Shown here one piece after another: positions 36,881 to 49,454 of a DNA stretch of 56,465 nt (positions are counted from its first letter, which is position 1; every line of letters starts with the position of its first letter). Origin of the DNA: Proteromonas lacertae (Eukaryota); the NCBI GenBank assembly GCA_002245135.1, contig NGBS01000024.1:62001-118465 (forward strand). The letters are read 5' to 3'. The notes below the pieces were generated by a model. The model saw only the letters and a list, made by a program, of their open reading frames with translations, was not told where the DNA came from and made no database searches. A program made the translations under genes and the position numbers.

Positions 36881-37559
36881 TTATACATTAAATGAAGTAT
36901 GTTTTCCAAATGGTAAACTGTTATTACTCCAATAATAAGTATTTTTATCTCCAGGAATAGGATATTCATGAGTACTGATATAAATCTCTTTTGCTGTAGC
37001 ATAATAACCATAAGTAAACACATCAATAAAGATATTGGTCACTGTATGTGTATATGCTGCTTGGGTATTGTATCTATAGTGATAAGGTGCTTTAGTCTCG
37101 TGTTGACTAAGATCTTCAGCAAATGGTTCATTATCACTCAGAGTGAATAGACACTTTGGCTCATTTTCATCATATCTTACACCTATTGGTATTGGTTCAG
37201 GTACAACTGTTGTATTTGTTATGGTTACGGTATAGGTTGTGTTTTTCTTATAAGATGGATCAGAAGTTAATACAGTCTTTTCCCAGACTGTTGTAAATGT
37301 AGCAGTTTCAGAGTGACCATTGTATGAAAGTGTTACTAACCATTCATAACTATTCATTTCATAAAAATAGAATTAAATAATCATACTGTGAACTTGTACG
37401 GATTCTGAATGAAGCTGAAGTTTCACTAAATGTACCTCTTGCAATAAAACTCTTTTCTGTTTGAATATGGGTAATATTGGGAAATGCATGTCTTAAGATA
37501 ATAGGATCGGCACTACAATATGCTAATATGCTCACTAACAGAATAAGATATATTTTCAT
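33991..37559 (-). CDS. large type I membrane protein: signal peptide, repeated beta-sandwich modules, EGF/laminin-EGF repeats, TM helix and short tail
   Basis: MKIYLILLVSILAYCSA; recurring LY(I/A)S....P..W..I..D..F....Y modules; CxCxxGYxGxxC repeats; TM VLNIVIIILGVIAGLVLVGGIALF; tail ends YNLLDDI. Confidence 0.85.
36839..36873. repeat. (TAT)n microsatellite inside an intron
   Basis: Directly visible in the sequence. Confidence 0.8.
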
Positions 37560-37979
37560 CTGTTTTAACCTAGATAGAATAAAATAATGTCAATTGGAGT
37601 GAAAATAAAATGCAGAAGAGAAAAATCAGAGGTAATAAAAAAATAAGAGATAGGAGTAAAAGTAAAAAAATAATTATATACTTCTAAAATGAAACAAACA
37701 GTTAAAATGAAAAATGAATTATTCTGTGTTTTTTCAACCTAATGCCATGCTTTTTTTGACCTTGTTATTACATATATGCATTATTGGTTTTATCATTTAT
37801 GAGTGACGGAAATATTAGGACAAATGAAGATGAAACACAATTATCATTTCGCTTCTATCAACAAAAGAGTTTCATGTAATTGAAATTATGTTTTTATAGT
37901 ATATATTATAGTAATTTATAACATATAAAAAACAATTCTAACACAAATTATTAAAATCAATAAATAGTACAAATAAAAA

Positions 37980-38627
37980 CTATAAACCTATCTCTTCAGC
38001 TCTAATTCCTTCAATTTCTAGCTTCTTTGATTTATAATCAAAACTATATCCTGATCTTTCACCACCTTTTACAATCCTTGATCTAAACACTTCCTCCACA
38101 CTGTCATGCAATATTCCAACTCCTCCTATTCTTGTATCAAAAGCGGGATACAACAAAACATCTTTCTCCAAACAAATACCAAGAAATTTAGGTTTGAATT
38201 CAACAGTTTGACCATTTGAATAGATGAAATTACCATCTTTAAAATCAGAAAAAATAATAGGTAATGTCTCAGCCTATAAAATTAAGTGATAAAACATACA
38301 AAAACGTTATATTGGTAACCATTCATTGTAGTATAATATGGAGTTGGTATATCTGCTCTATAGATGTATTTTCTCAAATTTCTCCAAAACAATTTTTCAT
38401 CTCTTGGAGATAGTTTAATTGTTTTTAATTTGTTTTCTTTATATTGACAAATTTGGCCCTACGTAATTAATATGATAATTTAATACATCTCGATTGATTA
38501 CATAACCATCTTTCACAACTGATGGTTCAAACTGTTTACTTTTCAAATCAGTATAAAGGCTTCTGCTTAATGCTTTGTAACATGATTTTATTGGAAATAT
38601 TTTTAATTCTGAAAACATTCTATTCAT
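37980..38627 (-). CDS. UPF0598/C8orf82-like (DUF4505) protein
   Basis: PIIFSDF..Y..VEFKP..LLYP..GGVGIL resembles the C8orf82 core. One intron and one apparent +1 (~38458). Confidence 0.6.
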
Positions 38628-38668
38628 AGAGAAAATTGTTAGAACAATATTAAGTAACAAGCTTTTTT

Positions 38669-38678
38669 TCAAGCCAAT
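38669..38678. promoter_or_regulatory. candidate core-promoter motif TCAAGCCAAT
   Basis: In the ~66-bp gap between the divergent DUF4505 and Rab7 starts. Confidence 0.5.
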
Positions 38679-38693
38679 CAATTTTTAGATTTG

Positions 38694-39403
38694 ATGAGTA
38701 AGAAGCAGGATCTACTGAAAATAATTGTGTTGGGAGATAGTGGGTATGTTGCTGTATAGAATATACATATAGGGTTGGAAAAACTTCTCTTATGTCCCGT
38801 TATATAGACCAAAAATTTACTGAGCAATTTAAAGCTACAATTGGTGCAGATCTTATGCCTAAGGAAGTAGTTATTGATGATAGAACAATAAAGTTACAAG
38901 TATAAATAGTAATTGGTATATTTGTAGATTTGGGATACTGCAGGTCAAGAACGTTATCAAAGTTTAGGATCATACTTTTATAGAGGTTCAGATGCATGTG
39001 TTTTAGTTTTTGATATCACAAATCAGAAATCTTTTCAACATATTAACGACTGGAAGCGTAATTTTCTTCTTCAAGCAAATCCAAAGAATGCTGATACATT
39101 TCCATTTGTGTTACTAGGTAATAAAGTGGATAAACCAACAGAACAAAGAAGAGTTCCAGCAGATACTGCTCAAATGTGGGCTAAATCCAATGGAATTGTC
39201 GTATAAATAACATTCATATATAATTGTAATAGGATTATTTTGAAACAAGTGCAAAAGAAGATGTTAATGTTGAACAAGCGTTTATGACAGTAGCTAAAAT
39301 CGCATTACAGCAAGGAAAGAAGGAAGAAATATATGAGCCAGGTATTGTTGATATTAAGAAAATACAAGAAAACAATAAAACTAAAGAAAATTGTGAATGT
39401 TAA
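38694..39403 (+). CDS. RAB7: Rab7-like small GTPase
   Basis: LLKIIVLGDSGVGKTSLM, KATIGAD, IWDTAGQER, FLLQA..FPFVLLGNKVD, FETSAK and C-terminal CEC. Three introns. Confidence 0.9.
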
Positions 39404-39474
39404 TTAATTATTAATTTTTATTATTATCATTACATTTTTTAAATAAATAAATATATATATATATATTTATTAAA

Positions 39475-40654
39475 TTAATGCATAGTACCAGCTAATAATT
39501 TCACCATTTTAGCTCTTTCCTTTGCTTCTCTTTCTAATCTCCCTCTTCTTAACTTGTCTATCATCGATTCTTGTCTATTTTCTTCTTTTTTATGATGTTT
39601 ATGTTTATGATGGTGGTGATGGTGATGATGATGTTGTTTATCTTCTTCACTCTCTTCTTCACTTTCATTATCAATTTCTTCTTGCAATTTTCTCTTTCTT
39701 TTCACTTCTAAAGGCACAATAATATCATCCACTTGACTATCTAAATGTTTCATTTGTAAAGAGTCACTAATTGATTCACTTTTACTATAATTCTCCACTT
39801 TTTTATTCACTAAATTCTGTTTTATTGAATTAATTGGATCATAATATTCTTTTCTTTTATCTTCTCGTTTATTCCATCTTTCAGCTCTATCTCCTGTTAA
39901 TATTTTACCATTTCTACCAACTGCAGCTGTTGTTGTTTCTGTACTATTATTATTATTATTATTATACCATCTTATATTATCTGGATTTGTTGTATTAAAT
40001 GAACCTAAACATAATGGAGCTATACCTTCCCTTTTTAAGTTATTCATTTCTTCTTTATGTAATTCTGCAAGATATTCTTTATTACCTGGTAGTTCTGGAC
40101 GCTTAAATCGGTTTTCTGGTCCTTCTTTTTTGTTGTTGGTTTTTCCTAATAACATTAAGAATTGATCTTCTGTTTGAAATAGGTTTATATGTCCATTATC
40201 ATCTAGATTGATATCTGAAATTTGATTTATGTTTGTTAATGCTAAAGGAAGTAATGGAGGTGTTGAAGCCTTTGATGAATCATCTTTTGGAGGTGTTGAT
40301 GTGTTAAATTCAGATTTTACTTTGATATTTGAGGGAGTTAATGGTGGAGTATTTGCTTCTGATTTAATTCTATTGTATTTTATAAGTATTATTATATAAT
40401 AAATACAATAACAAAGGTTGTTCTTGAGTATTTGTAGTTATTGAATTAGAAAGTGGTAAACCAATTCTTTCTACTGGTGTTTTCTTTGCCTTAGCTTTTA
40501 ATAACCCTATTTTCTTTTCAAATTCACTTCTTCTTGCTATATCAGCTTTTGACTCTTCTTCTTCTTTTGCAACTCTTTCATCTCTTAAAACCTTTTCACG
40601 ATTATCATTATTCCACACATTCCAGTTTTTTGTTCTTAAAATCTTAAGAGGCAT
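39475..40654 (-). CDS. LENG1: LENG1-like Cir_N-domain protein
   Basis: MPLKILRTKNWNVWNNDNREKVLRDE, HINLF, GNKEY, YYDP and IDKLRRGRLERE. One intron. Confidence 0.75.
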
Positions 40655-40772
40655 TGAGAAAAATAAATAAAATCAAAATGAAATTTCAAACCATCATTCA
40701 AACTATTTTCATTTATCAACAAAAACAAAACAATAAAAAACATTAAAAGCAATTAGTATCACTAAATTAGAC

Positions 40773-41244
40773 TTATTCAATACGATTGTAACCATAAGCA
40801 GCATCTAAAGCAGCTCTTCTACGTCTTTGATAATAAATTCCTCCAATTGCTAAAGCTATTACAGCAACAACACCTATTGATGAAAAGACTATTATTATGG
40901 TTAAGTTTTGCTTGTTGTATGAATCATCATCAGGTTCTGTTGGTGGAACAGTTGTTGGAGCTGGTCCACCTGTTGTTGGAACTGGTCCAGATGTTGTTGG
41001 TACAGGAGCTGATGTAGTTGGAGCTGGTCCAGATGTTGTTGGTGTAGGAGCTGATGTTGTTGGAGCTGGTGCTTTTGTAGTAGGTGTTGGAGCTTCAGTT
41101 GTTGCATCTTGTAATTGTCTTACTAAACAATTTAGAATATAACTATATTCAATATACAGTTATTATTTGATGAACAAAGTACTACAGTAAGAAAGATAAA
41201 AACGTAAATAGTCTATCCAATATATAAAATAAATATACTTTCAT
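40773..41244 (-). CDS. small mucin-like type I membrane protein with Pro/Thr repeats
   Basis: Spliced MK|TIYVFIFLTVVLCSSNNN|LRQLQDATTEAPTPTTKAPAPTTS.., then a TM helix and RRRRAA..YNRIE*. This reading frame is missed by the ORF track. Confidence 0.8.
40945..41100 (-). repeat. 21-bp (7-aa) tandem repeats, [AG]PxPTT[SKG]
   Basis: About six repeat units are visible. Confidence 0.8.
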
Positions 41245-41590
41245 TGTTACTGATCAATATTTAAAGATTAAATCGGTTTATAAAATCGGTTTTCGGATAT
41301 ACAATCATTTTCTTGTCATTTCTATACACACATACAATTTATTTACATGAATTTTAGTTTTACAATGCTAAGTAATCTATGTACTTTGTACTGCCCTATT
41401 TTATTTATGCTTTTTAACATGAATGAATTCAACTCAAATATATGCTATTCTATTCTTACACTATATTATGACACACTTCTATCATTTGAAAATAACGAAT
41501 CTCATAGAAAACTATCTCTGATTCACTTACTAAAATCTATTTTGAAAAATCATTGTCTCAAGCTATATTCAAACTATTGTGATTTTTGAA

Positions 41591-43867
41591 ATGGCTTCTG
41601 TATTCATTAACTCGATTGCTAACAGTTTTACTAAATATGTATCCGTTGCTTATGACTATTGTTCTAATAGAATACAAATGAATTGATAATAAGAGAGATT
41701 GCTAGAATGAAAAAAGTGCTAAAGAATCCTATTGATAATTGGGTATATAATAATCAATTATATTATAGCAAACTAAAAGGGATCTATTAATGAAACTGCT
41801 TTATTGTGAATTATTTGGTTATAGCTGTGATTTTGCTTATTTTAAAGCTGTAGAATGGGTATCAGATTCAAGCTTGATTGTTAAAAAAACTGCTTATTTA
41901 TTTATATCAATATGTTTTCCAAGAGACTTAGATATGCTAAATTTAGTAATAAATCAAATAAATGTAGATATTCAAAAGACACGAAATGTAAATGCGCTAT
42001 ATGCAGGTGAAGATGCATGTAGATCAATCGTTACTGAGAGCGTAATACCAATTTTCCGTAAATCAATATCCTATCTAATAAAACATGAAGAGTATATATA
42101 TATATGAATAATATTATTTATAATATTTATATATATAGTGTATCAGTTCGTAAAAAAGCAGCAATGTCAATCTATCAATTTCTCAAAATCGATATGTCAT
42201 TAATTAACACCTTAAGAGATCAATTTGAAGTGTTATTAAAAGATAAAGATCCAGTAATAACAACCTGTGCACTACATATACTAGATTTAGTGATGGATTA
42301 CAATTCAATATTCTTCAAAAAGAGATATTTATCAGTAGTTATCCATATAAGTCAACAAATATTCAGAAGACATATATCTTATGATTATTATTACAATGGA
42401 ATACCAATTCCATTTACTATTATATTATTAATAAAAATACTTGGAAAGATGGGAGTTGCTGATAAGAAAATAAGTTCAAAAATATATGGAATTTTGAATG
42501 ATTTTGGTCAGTTTTGTCATAATAAAGATACTTATATAAATTTAGCAATAACATATGAATGGATTAGATCAACAGTGAAGATATATCCTAACTTAGTGTT
42601 GTTGAAAAAATCTGTAAAATATATACATGAATTATTACATTTCAATCGTGGTTTGATTGAGACTGATATCTATTATTCTAATTACTATTATATAGCAGCA
42701 AGTGCTTTAAATAACTTATTAAAATATCAAAATCCATATGCATTTGAATTTCGATTAACAATTGCAAAATTAATGAGAGAAAAAGACATTTCAATAAAAA
42801 CAGTCGGAATCAGTATATTACTGGATATAGCAAGTTCAGAAAATATAAAATTTGTTATTGATAATATTTTACAGTTTTTCAATACTTGTTATGATGTAGA
42901 AACTAGAGATAGATTTATGATTCAAATAACAGATATGTTAGAAAGATATTCATCAAATCCCAAGTATTATATTGAAATACTGACAAAATTATTATATTAT
43001 TGTGGTGAAGGACATGCTAATAGAATTATTAATATTATTATTAATCTATTGAAAGAAGGAGTTGGTGATGAAAATTTAACAAAATCCTTCAGATTAGATG
43101 CTTTGGATATTTATACCAATATTATTGGAAATTATACCGTTTCATCGAAATATGTTGCTCAAGTTGGCTTGTATGTTATAGGTGAATATTCACATTTATC
43201 ATCTCCTGACAATATACCTACATATTATCAAACTATTTATGATATTTTTGAACCTAATTTTAATCCAATTTTAACAGCTTATTGCATATCAGCTGTAACA
43301 AAGATATATTATAAAACAAATATAGATTATTATTTGATCGATAGGATGATTGAAAAAGGATTGAAAATGTCAAATGTTGATGTAAATAATCGATGTAAAA
43401 TGTTAAAAGGAATAAGAAAATATATCAATCCAAACTTACAGTTTGATATTTACAGAGATACGAAAGATACAATCGATGTTAATACAAACGAAGATGATTC
43501 AGATGAGGAGGAAGATGATAATAATACAATAGATCCAGATTTGTCATTCCTTGACACATATACTGAAGAAATGAAATCTAATTCAGCTAAACCTTATCAT
43601 CAAGTAGAGATGGATGATGAAGAGATATTTAAATATAAATTGATAGCTGCATTGAAGTATGATCCATATAAACTGCATAGCTTAGTAAGGATTAATCAAA
43701 TTGAAGATGGTGTAGATGAAGTAGCTGGTATTATTACTACACCTAAATATACTCTTGGCAGTAAATTACCTGATTTACCAAATGGTGGTGGGTTTTTGGC
43801 AAGAGTTATGAGAAATTCTAGATTATCAAAGAAAAGTCCATCACTATTAGAGGATGAAGATGTATAG
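41591..43867 (+). CDS. AP4E1: AP-4 adaptor epsilon subunit (divergent, no obvious ear domain)
   Basis: LLYCELFGYSCDFAY, VRKKA, YYNGIPIPF..LIKILG and the epsilon-typical IDPDLSFLD..AKPY. Confidence 0.8.
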
Positions 43868-43978
43868 ATATATTTTGTTTTTATTTTGTTTTTTAAATAT
43901 GTTTTAAAAGCAATTGATATGTTTATCCATCTTTTTGTTGTTTCAAAAAATATAGTTGTTTCATAATTTTTTAAATGA

Positions 43979-45952
43979 ATGGAAACGAATGAAAATATAA
44001 GTCAATTATTTTCTATGCACCTTGGAGTTAAAGTTAGAATAAATAATGATGGTATATATTGAACTGGATTACGATTTAATAGATGATTTGATAGAAGTCG
44101 TTAAAAATGGTAAATTGATGTGCTCATTGTGGGAGAAATTGACTGGATTTATTATAATTCCAAGTAAATCGGTTGATGAATATCCTGAAGAACAAAAAGA
44201 TCTGGTTAATCTACTAGAGACAGCCAAACTCTTTTCTGTTCCATCTTATCGTTTATTCACATTGCAAGATGTAGAAAACAAAACAGTCAGACCAATAAGA
44301 AGGTTTTTTTCATTTTTGAAAAGATATAGAAAGATTCAAGCTGAACCTGAAGTATTAATCGAGAGAATAAATTCTGTATAATTCAGTAAATATATACTTA
44401 GTAGTATTCTGAATCAATTTCAAATAATTCATACAAATTTAGTGATACTTCTATCTTACAACAGTCTTTAGTTAGTCAGTTACAACCTAATACAAATTAT
44501 CAACCAAATACAACAAAAGAAATAACAACAAAACCAATCTCAAAAGAAAAACAAGAAATATCGTTTAATGACGATACTCACATTTATAATAACAATGATA
44601 GATTATCCATTCAACTATCTTTTTCACCCAATTTAAGTCCTATTAAAAATACACAACATAAATCACCTCCATTAGAATCAAAATATCACAAGCTTCAACA
44701 AACCTATCTATACATCAACACTCAGTTAATATCATCACAAATTAATAATTTACGTAGAGATTACAGTGATTTAAAAATGTTAATTAATTCACAATTTTCA
44801 TTACATTCGCAATTAGTTAATAATGATATAAATAAAATCAAAGATATATGTAATAACTATAAATCAAAAGTAAATAAAGTAATATCCAATCAAATTGCTA
44901 AGAAAAAGGAAATTTATAATTCATTTATTAATTCAATCAATTATTACTGTAGAATAAGAAACTCCATTGACAGTTGGTAGTAAACCAAAAACATGTGTTC
45001 AATGTAAAAATGATCATAAATCAATAATAATAACTCAATATAATGAAATTTCATCATCTTCAAAAGTTAGTGAAAATGAATATGAATTTAATCATGTGTT
45101 TAATGAATCATCAAGTCAAAGAGAAATATTTAATGAAATAAAACCATTTATCACATCAGTAATTGATGGATATAATTTAACATTTTTAGTTTTTGGTGAA
45201 GAAAATAGTGGAAAATCATATACTATGTTTGGACCAGCCAGTTAGAAGAGGAATTACTTATAATTCTTATAATGAACTATTCGCTATTAAAAAAGAAAGA
45301 ATTGAATATGAAGATATAAAATTTACATTTTCTATGTTTGAAATTTATAATGAAATAATAAAAGATGTGTTAAATCCAAAATTACCAACAGTAAAAGTAC
45401 AACAAAATAATGAAAATAGTAATAAATTGAGTTTATCAATTCATGAATGTAAAGAAGTGAAAAATGTACAGATGAAATGATAAAATTAATGGATATAGGA
45501 AATAAAAATAGAAATAGTATCACTTCCAATATCAATGAGCATAATGCTGTTTCACATTTAATTGATAAAAATTGATATAAAAAACACAAATAAATTTGAT
45601 AAATCAATAAAAGAAAGTTGTTTAATATTTGTTGATTTAGCTTGTAGTAATATGATTGATTATAATGGTAAGAATGGGATGGAATTAATAGAATGTCAAT
45701 CTGTGAATAAATCGTTGAATAATCTAAATGATTCTTTAAAACAATTCAAAAACAATTCACAAGATATGAAATGTTTTAATAGTAAATTGACTGAATTGTT
45801 AAAAGTATATGTTTATGTTTTTATACTAATTGATATAGTTTCAATTAAAGAATGATAATAAAGTTGGAATGTTCTTTAATGTTAGTCCTTTATCCAAAGA
45901 TTATGTTCAGACAAAACAAACTTGTGAATATTATAAGAAATTATGTGTTTAG
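43979..45952 (+). CDS. divergent C-terminal-motor (kinesin-14-like) kinesin, several indels
   Basis: YEFNHVF, IDGYN..FGEENSGKSYTMFG, SMFEIYNE, LIFVDLA, VNKSL and SKLTELL. Confidence 0.75.
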
Positions 45953-46121
45953 TTAATTTAACTTGTTGATTTACATGTATTGTTTTGGGTATGAAAAATT
46001 ATACTTAAACAAATAATAACATCTTTCTATATATAAACACTATTGCAGCTAAAAATATATGCGTTATAAATAAATGAAAATGGATTTTTTATTGTCACTC
46101 TCAGAATCCATTATTTTTACT

Positions 46122-49100
46122 ATGTTAACATGTGATGCTCATGTATTGTAGTTGCTTTCTATTGAATAGATAAAAGAGAAACTGTCAAAGAGTAGTAATG
46201 AAGTCGATTTCATTATAAAACATCAAAGTGAAGTTAAAAAACTAAATATCGTTATTATTGCTGGAATTAAAGGGGAAAAGGTGTTAAAGTTCATTGAGAA
46301 TCACTTGTTTGATGTTAGATTGTTGCAGATCCTTTATTTATCCTTTTATAACATCTCAGATGAGCAATAAAGGTGAATATATTATACTGGAAAGAGATTA
46401 CTACCAGGAAGATTTAGAAGAGATAATACAAAGTAAATCTTTATCAAGAAGTGATATGTGTGATATAATATGTAATATATGTTATATATTGATGGTATTG
46501 AATGAATATAATATAGTCGTCAGCAATTTGAAGAGTAGTAACATAATTGTTGAGAATGAGAAGGTAAAAATATGCGATTTATTCTTAGATGAAATAAGAA
46601 AAGAGGGGGATATAAGGATATATGATATAAATTTTAAAAACCCTGAAGAGTTCAGTAGTTTAGAATGTAAAGATAAAAGTGTGATTTGGTCAATTGGTTG
46701 TATATTATATGAGATGATGTTTAAGAAATTACCATTTTCAGAAGATAATAATTTGTTTAAGACAATTAATAATATCCAGAGATGTAAATTCAGTATTGAT
46801 ATGAAATGTGATGATATGATGAAAGAGATGATATTCAGAATGTTGAAAATGAATAGTGAGGATAGAATGAGTTTAAAAGAGTTGAGAAATGAAATGAAAA
46901 AAACTAGTGAAGTAATAAAAGATGATGATAATAACATGATGATAAGTAATGAAAGAAAAGAAACACTGTTCAAAAATGATTTTTATATATTAACACTGTT
47001 TCCAAAAGAATATTATCTCCAAAATGATAAATGGGAAAAAATTCGAGATGGATTAATAGAATCCTACAACAATAAAGCTGATGAAAGAAAATTGTCATTA
47101 TTATTGATTATAAAATTACATAAAGAAGATTATTCAATAAAAAATAAACTGAGATATCAGATTTATCATAAATGTAAAGATAGTGGAAAAGAAGGTTATT
47201 TAGATGAAATGATATTTAATATTCAAACTGATTATGATGAAAAAGACTTAATTAGAGTTAAATCAAAATATATTTGTTTATGTAAAAAAGGAATAACCTA
47301 CTTGTATGAAGTATTGAAAGTAATCAATCCAACATCACTAGATTTCAGTATAAATTAATCAATTTTTATTTGTTTAGAACTAATAAAAATTCCAGTTAAT
47401 CATCAATTATTATTCATATCATGTATTTGTCAATTATCAAATCTACAAGAGTTGGATTTGTCAAAATGTAAGGTTATATTTAATTTCATTCAATATTTTA
47501 TTAAAACACTACCTATGATGAGATTGAAATATGTAAATCTTGAATGTATTGATATTTTTTGTTATTATTATGAAATAGATAATCCAATTGGCCAAAAAGG
47601 CTTCAAATTATTACTTCCATATTTACATTTATTAATCAACAAGAAAAATGAATTGGATCTTTGTGATATGAATTTAAATGATGAGTCAATGATATTATTA
47701 TCAGAAGAATTATATAAATATCCAGATCTAAACAGAATTGATATTATATGCAATAAATATATTCATTCAAATGGATTAAAAGCATTATTTTCCAGATTCC
47801 CTATTTCAAGAATAACTTTTGATTTAAATAGTAGTAGAGAATTGCTGATTGATAAAGATATTCCAGAGTTAATTGATTGTATAAAAAATGGTTATGGATT
47901 AGATCTGAGTAATTGTGAGATTGATGATGATTTTCTCAAATCATTCATTTCATTAAGAACAAATGAATTGCAAGTAATAGAAATATTAGATTTGAGTAGT
48001 ATAATATGATATTGTTTTATTCTTGTAGATAATAAACTTACACATGAAAGTATAAAAATACTGATCAACAATTTATTTTCATTTCCAAGTTTTCAATATT
48101 TTCGATTAAATGGAAATGAAATAGGAGATGAAGGAATGAAAATATTATCTCCTTATTTACATTTGTTGGTAGATATATTTGATGTAATGAATTGTTCAAG
48201 TTTATTAACTATTATTATTATATTTTATAGAAATGGGATTATCTTCAGTTGGAATAAAACATTTAGTTCATGGTTTAAAAAATATCCATAAATGGGTAAA
48301 ACTTGTTATAAGTGATAATAATATAGATTCAGATGGAGTAGAATATTTGGTGAATTATATATTAGAAAATGATAATATTGAAAAGATGTCTATTTATAGT
48401 ATATTTATGTTTTATATTAACATATTTTTAATAGAAAATCCAATTGGTAATAATGGATTTAAGTTATTAGAAGGCAATGTAAACATATTAATAGACAATC
48501 ACATAATAAATTTGAGTAATATCTCAATTGATGATGAAATTGTGATACTTTTAGCAAGTATAATGGATTTAATAGATGATTGTGAAACAATATATTTAAA
48601 CGGAAATAACATTAGAATGAATGGATTAGAATCAATATGTTCAAAATCATTAGAAGATGATATTAATCCATTTATTGAAATGAAATGTTCATCATGGACA
48701 AATGAAGAATTAGAATATTATTTGAATTATTGTATTAACAAGAAAAGGCAAAAATATTATAGAACGTATATTTTTAACAGTACATTATATTTGTGATTAA
48801 AATTTTATAATAAATAGATATGAATATCAATGATTCTCACATTTCTTTGATTAAACAGATTAATTATGATGTAATTGATTTATCCAACAATAGAATAAGT
48901 TATAAAGGATTAAAGGAATTAACTGATTATTCACCTAGAAATGGTTATTATATTTCAATATATAATAATCCAATTAGAGATGAAGGTATAAAGATAATAT
49001 GTAAACATTTTCATCAATTTGTTTGCGATAACAATTCGTTAAATTTATCAAGTATTTTATAAATATAACTTAATTATATATATGAATAGATATTGGCATG

Positions 49101-49322
49101 AGTGAGAAAGGATTAAAATTGTTAATAGAAAGATTAAAAGATTACTATCCTTTAAGAGAAATGAATATATCAAGAAATGAATTAGGTGAAGGAGAATTAA
49201 AATTGATGAAAGAAAATCAAGAAGTGTTTGATAATTTGGAAGAGTTATTAATATCAATTAAAAAAAACATAGATGAATCAGAATTAAGATCATTTATAGA
49301 TATTTCTTTATCAGTTGAATGA
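46122..49322 (+). CDS. pseudokinase plus LRR protein (paralog A)
   Basis: Kinase with SNLKSSN and CDLF (no HRD or DFG) and IWSIGCILYEM. Many RI-like LRRs split by phase-1 introns. Confidence 0.8.
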
Positions 49323-49454
49323 TGTATCACTTTTGTTGCTATTTACTACTCTTTTTATTATCAAATCAGTAAAAATATAATAATTAAATAAAATGAATGA
49401 TATTGCAAAATGAATAGATATACACTTTTTCAATCTTTTATTTCTTCTAATTCG

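Noticed and set aside
37560..37979. 420-bp intergenic region as a possible ncRNA locus
   Set aside because: No convincing C/D, H/ACA or tRNA features are visible; an Rfam scan would be needed.
40897..41142. Plus-strand Gly/Val-rich ORF and alternative Gln-rich ORF
   Set aside because: Shadow frames of the minus-strand Pro/Thr mucin gene.
41271..41303. Doubled AATCGGTTT upstream of the mucin gene
   Set aside because: Seen at only one locus, which is insufficient to call a regulatory site.
41639..41670. AP4E intron starting GTATCCG as a second U12 intron
   Set aside because: Imperfect donor, ordinary 32-nt length and no properly spaced CCTTAA-like branch site.
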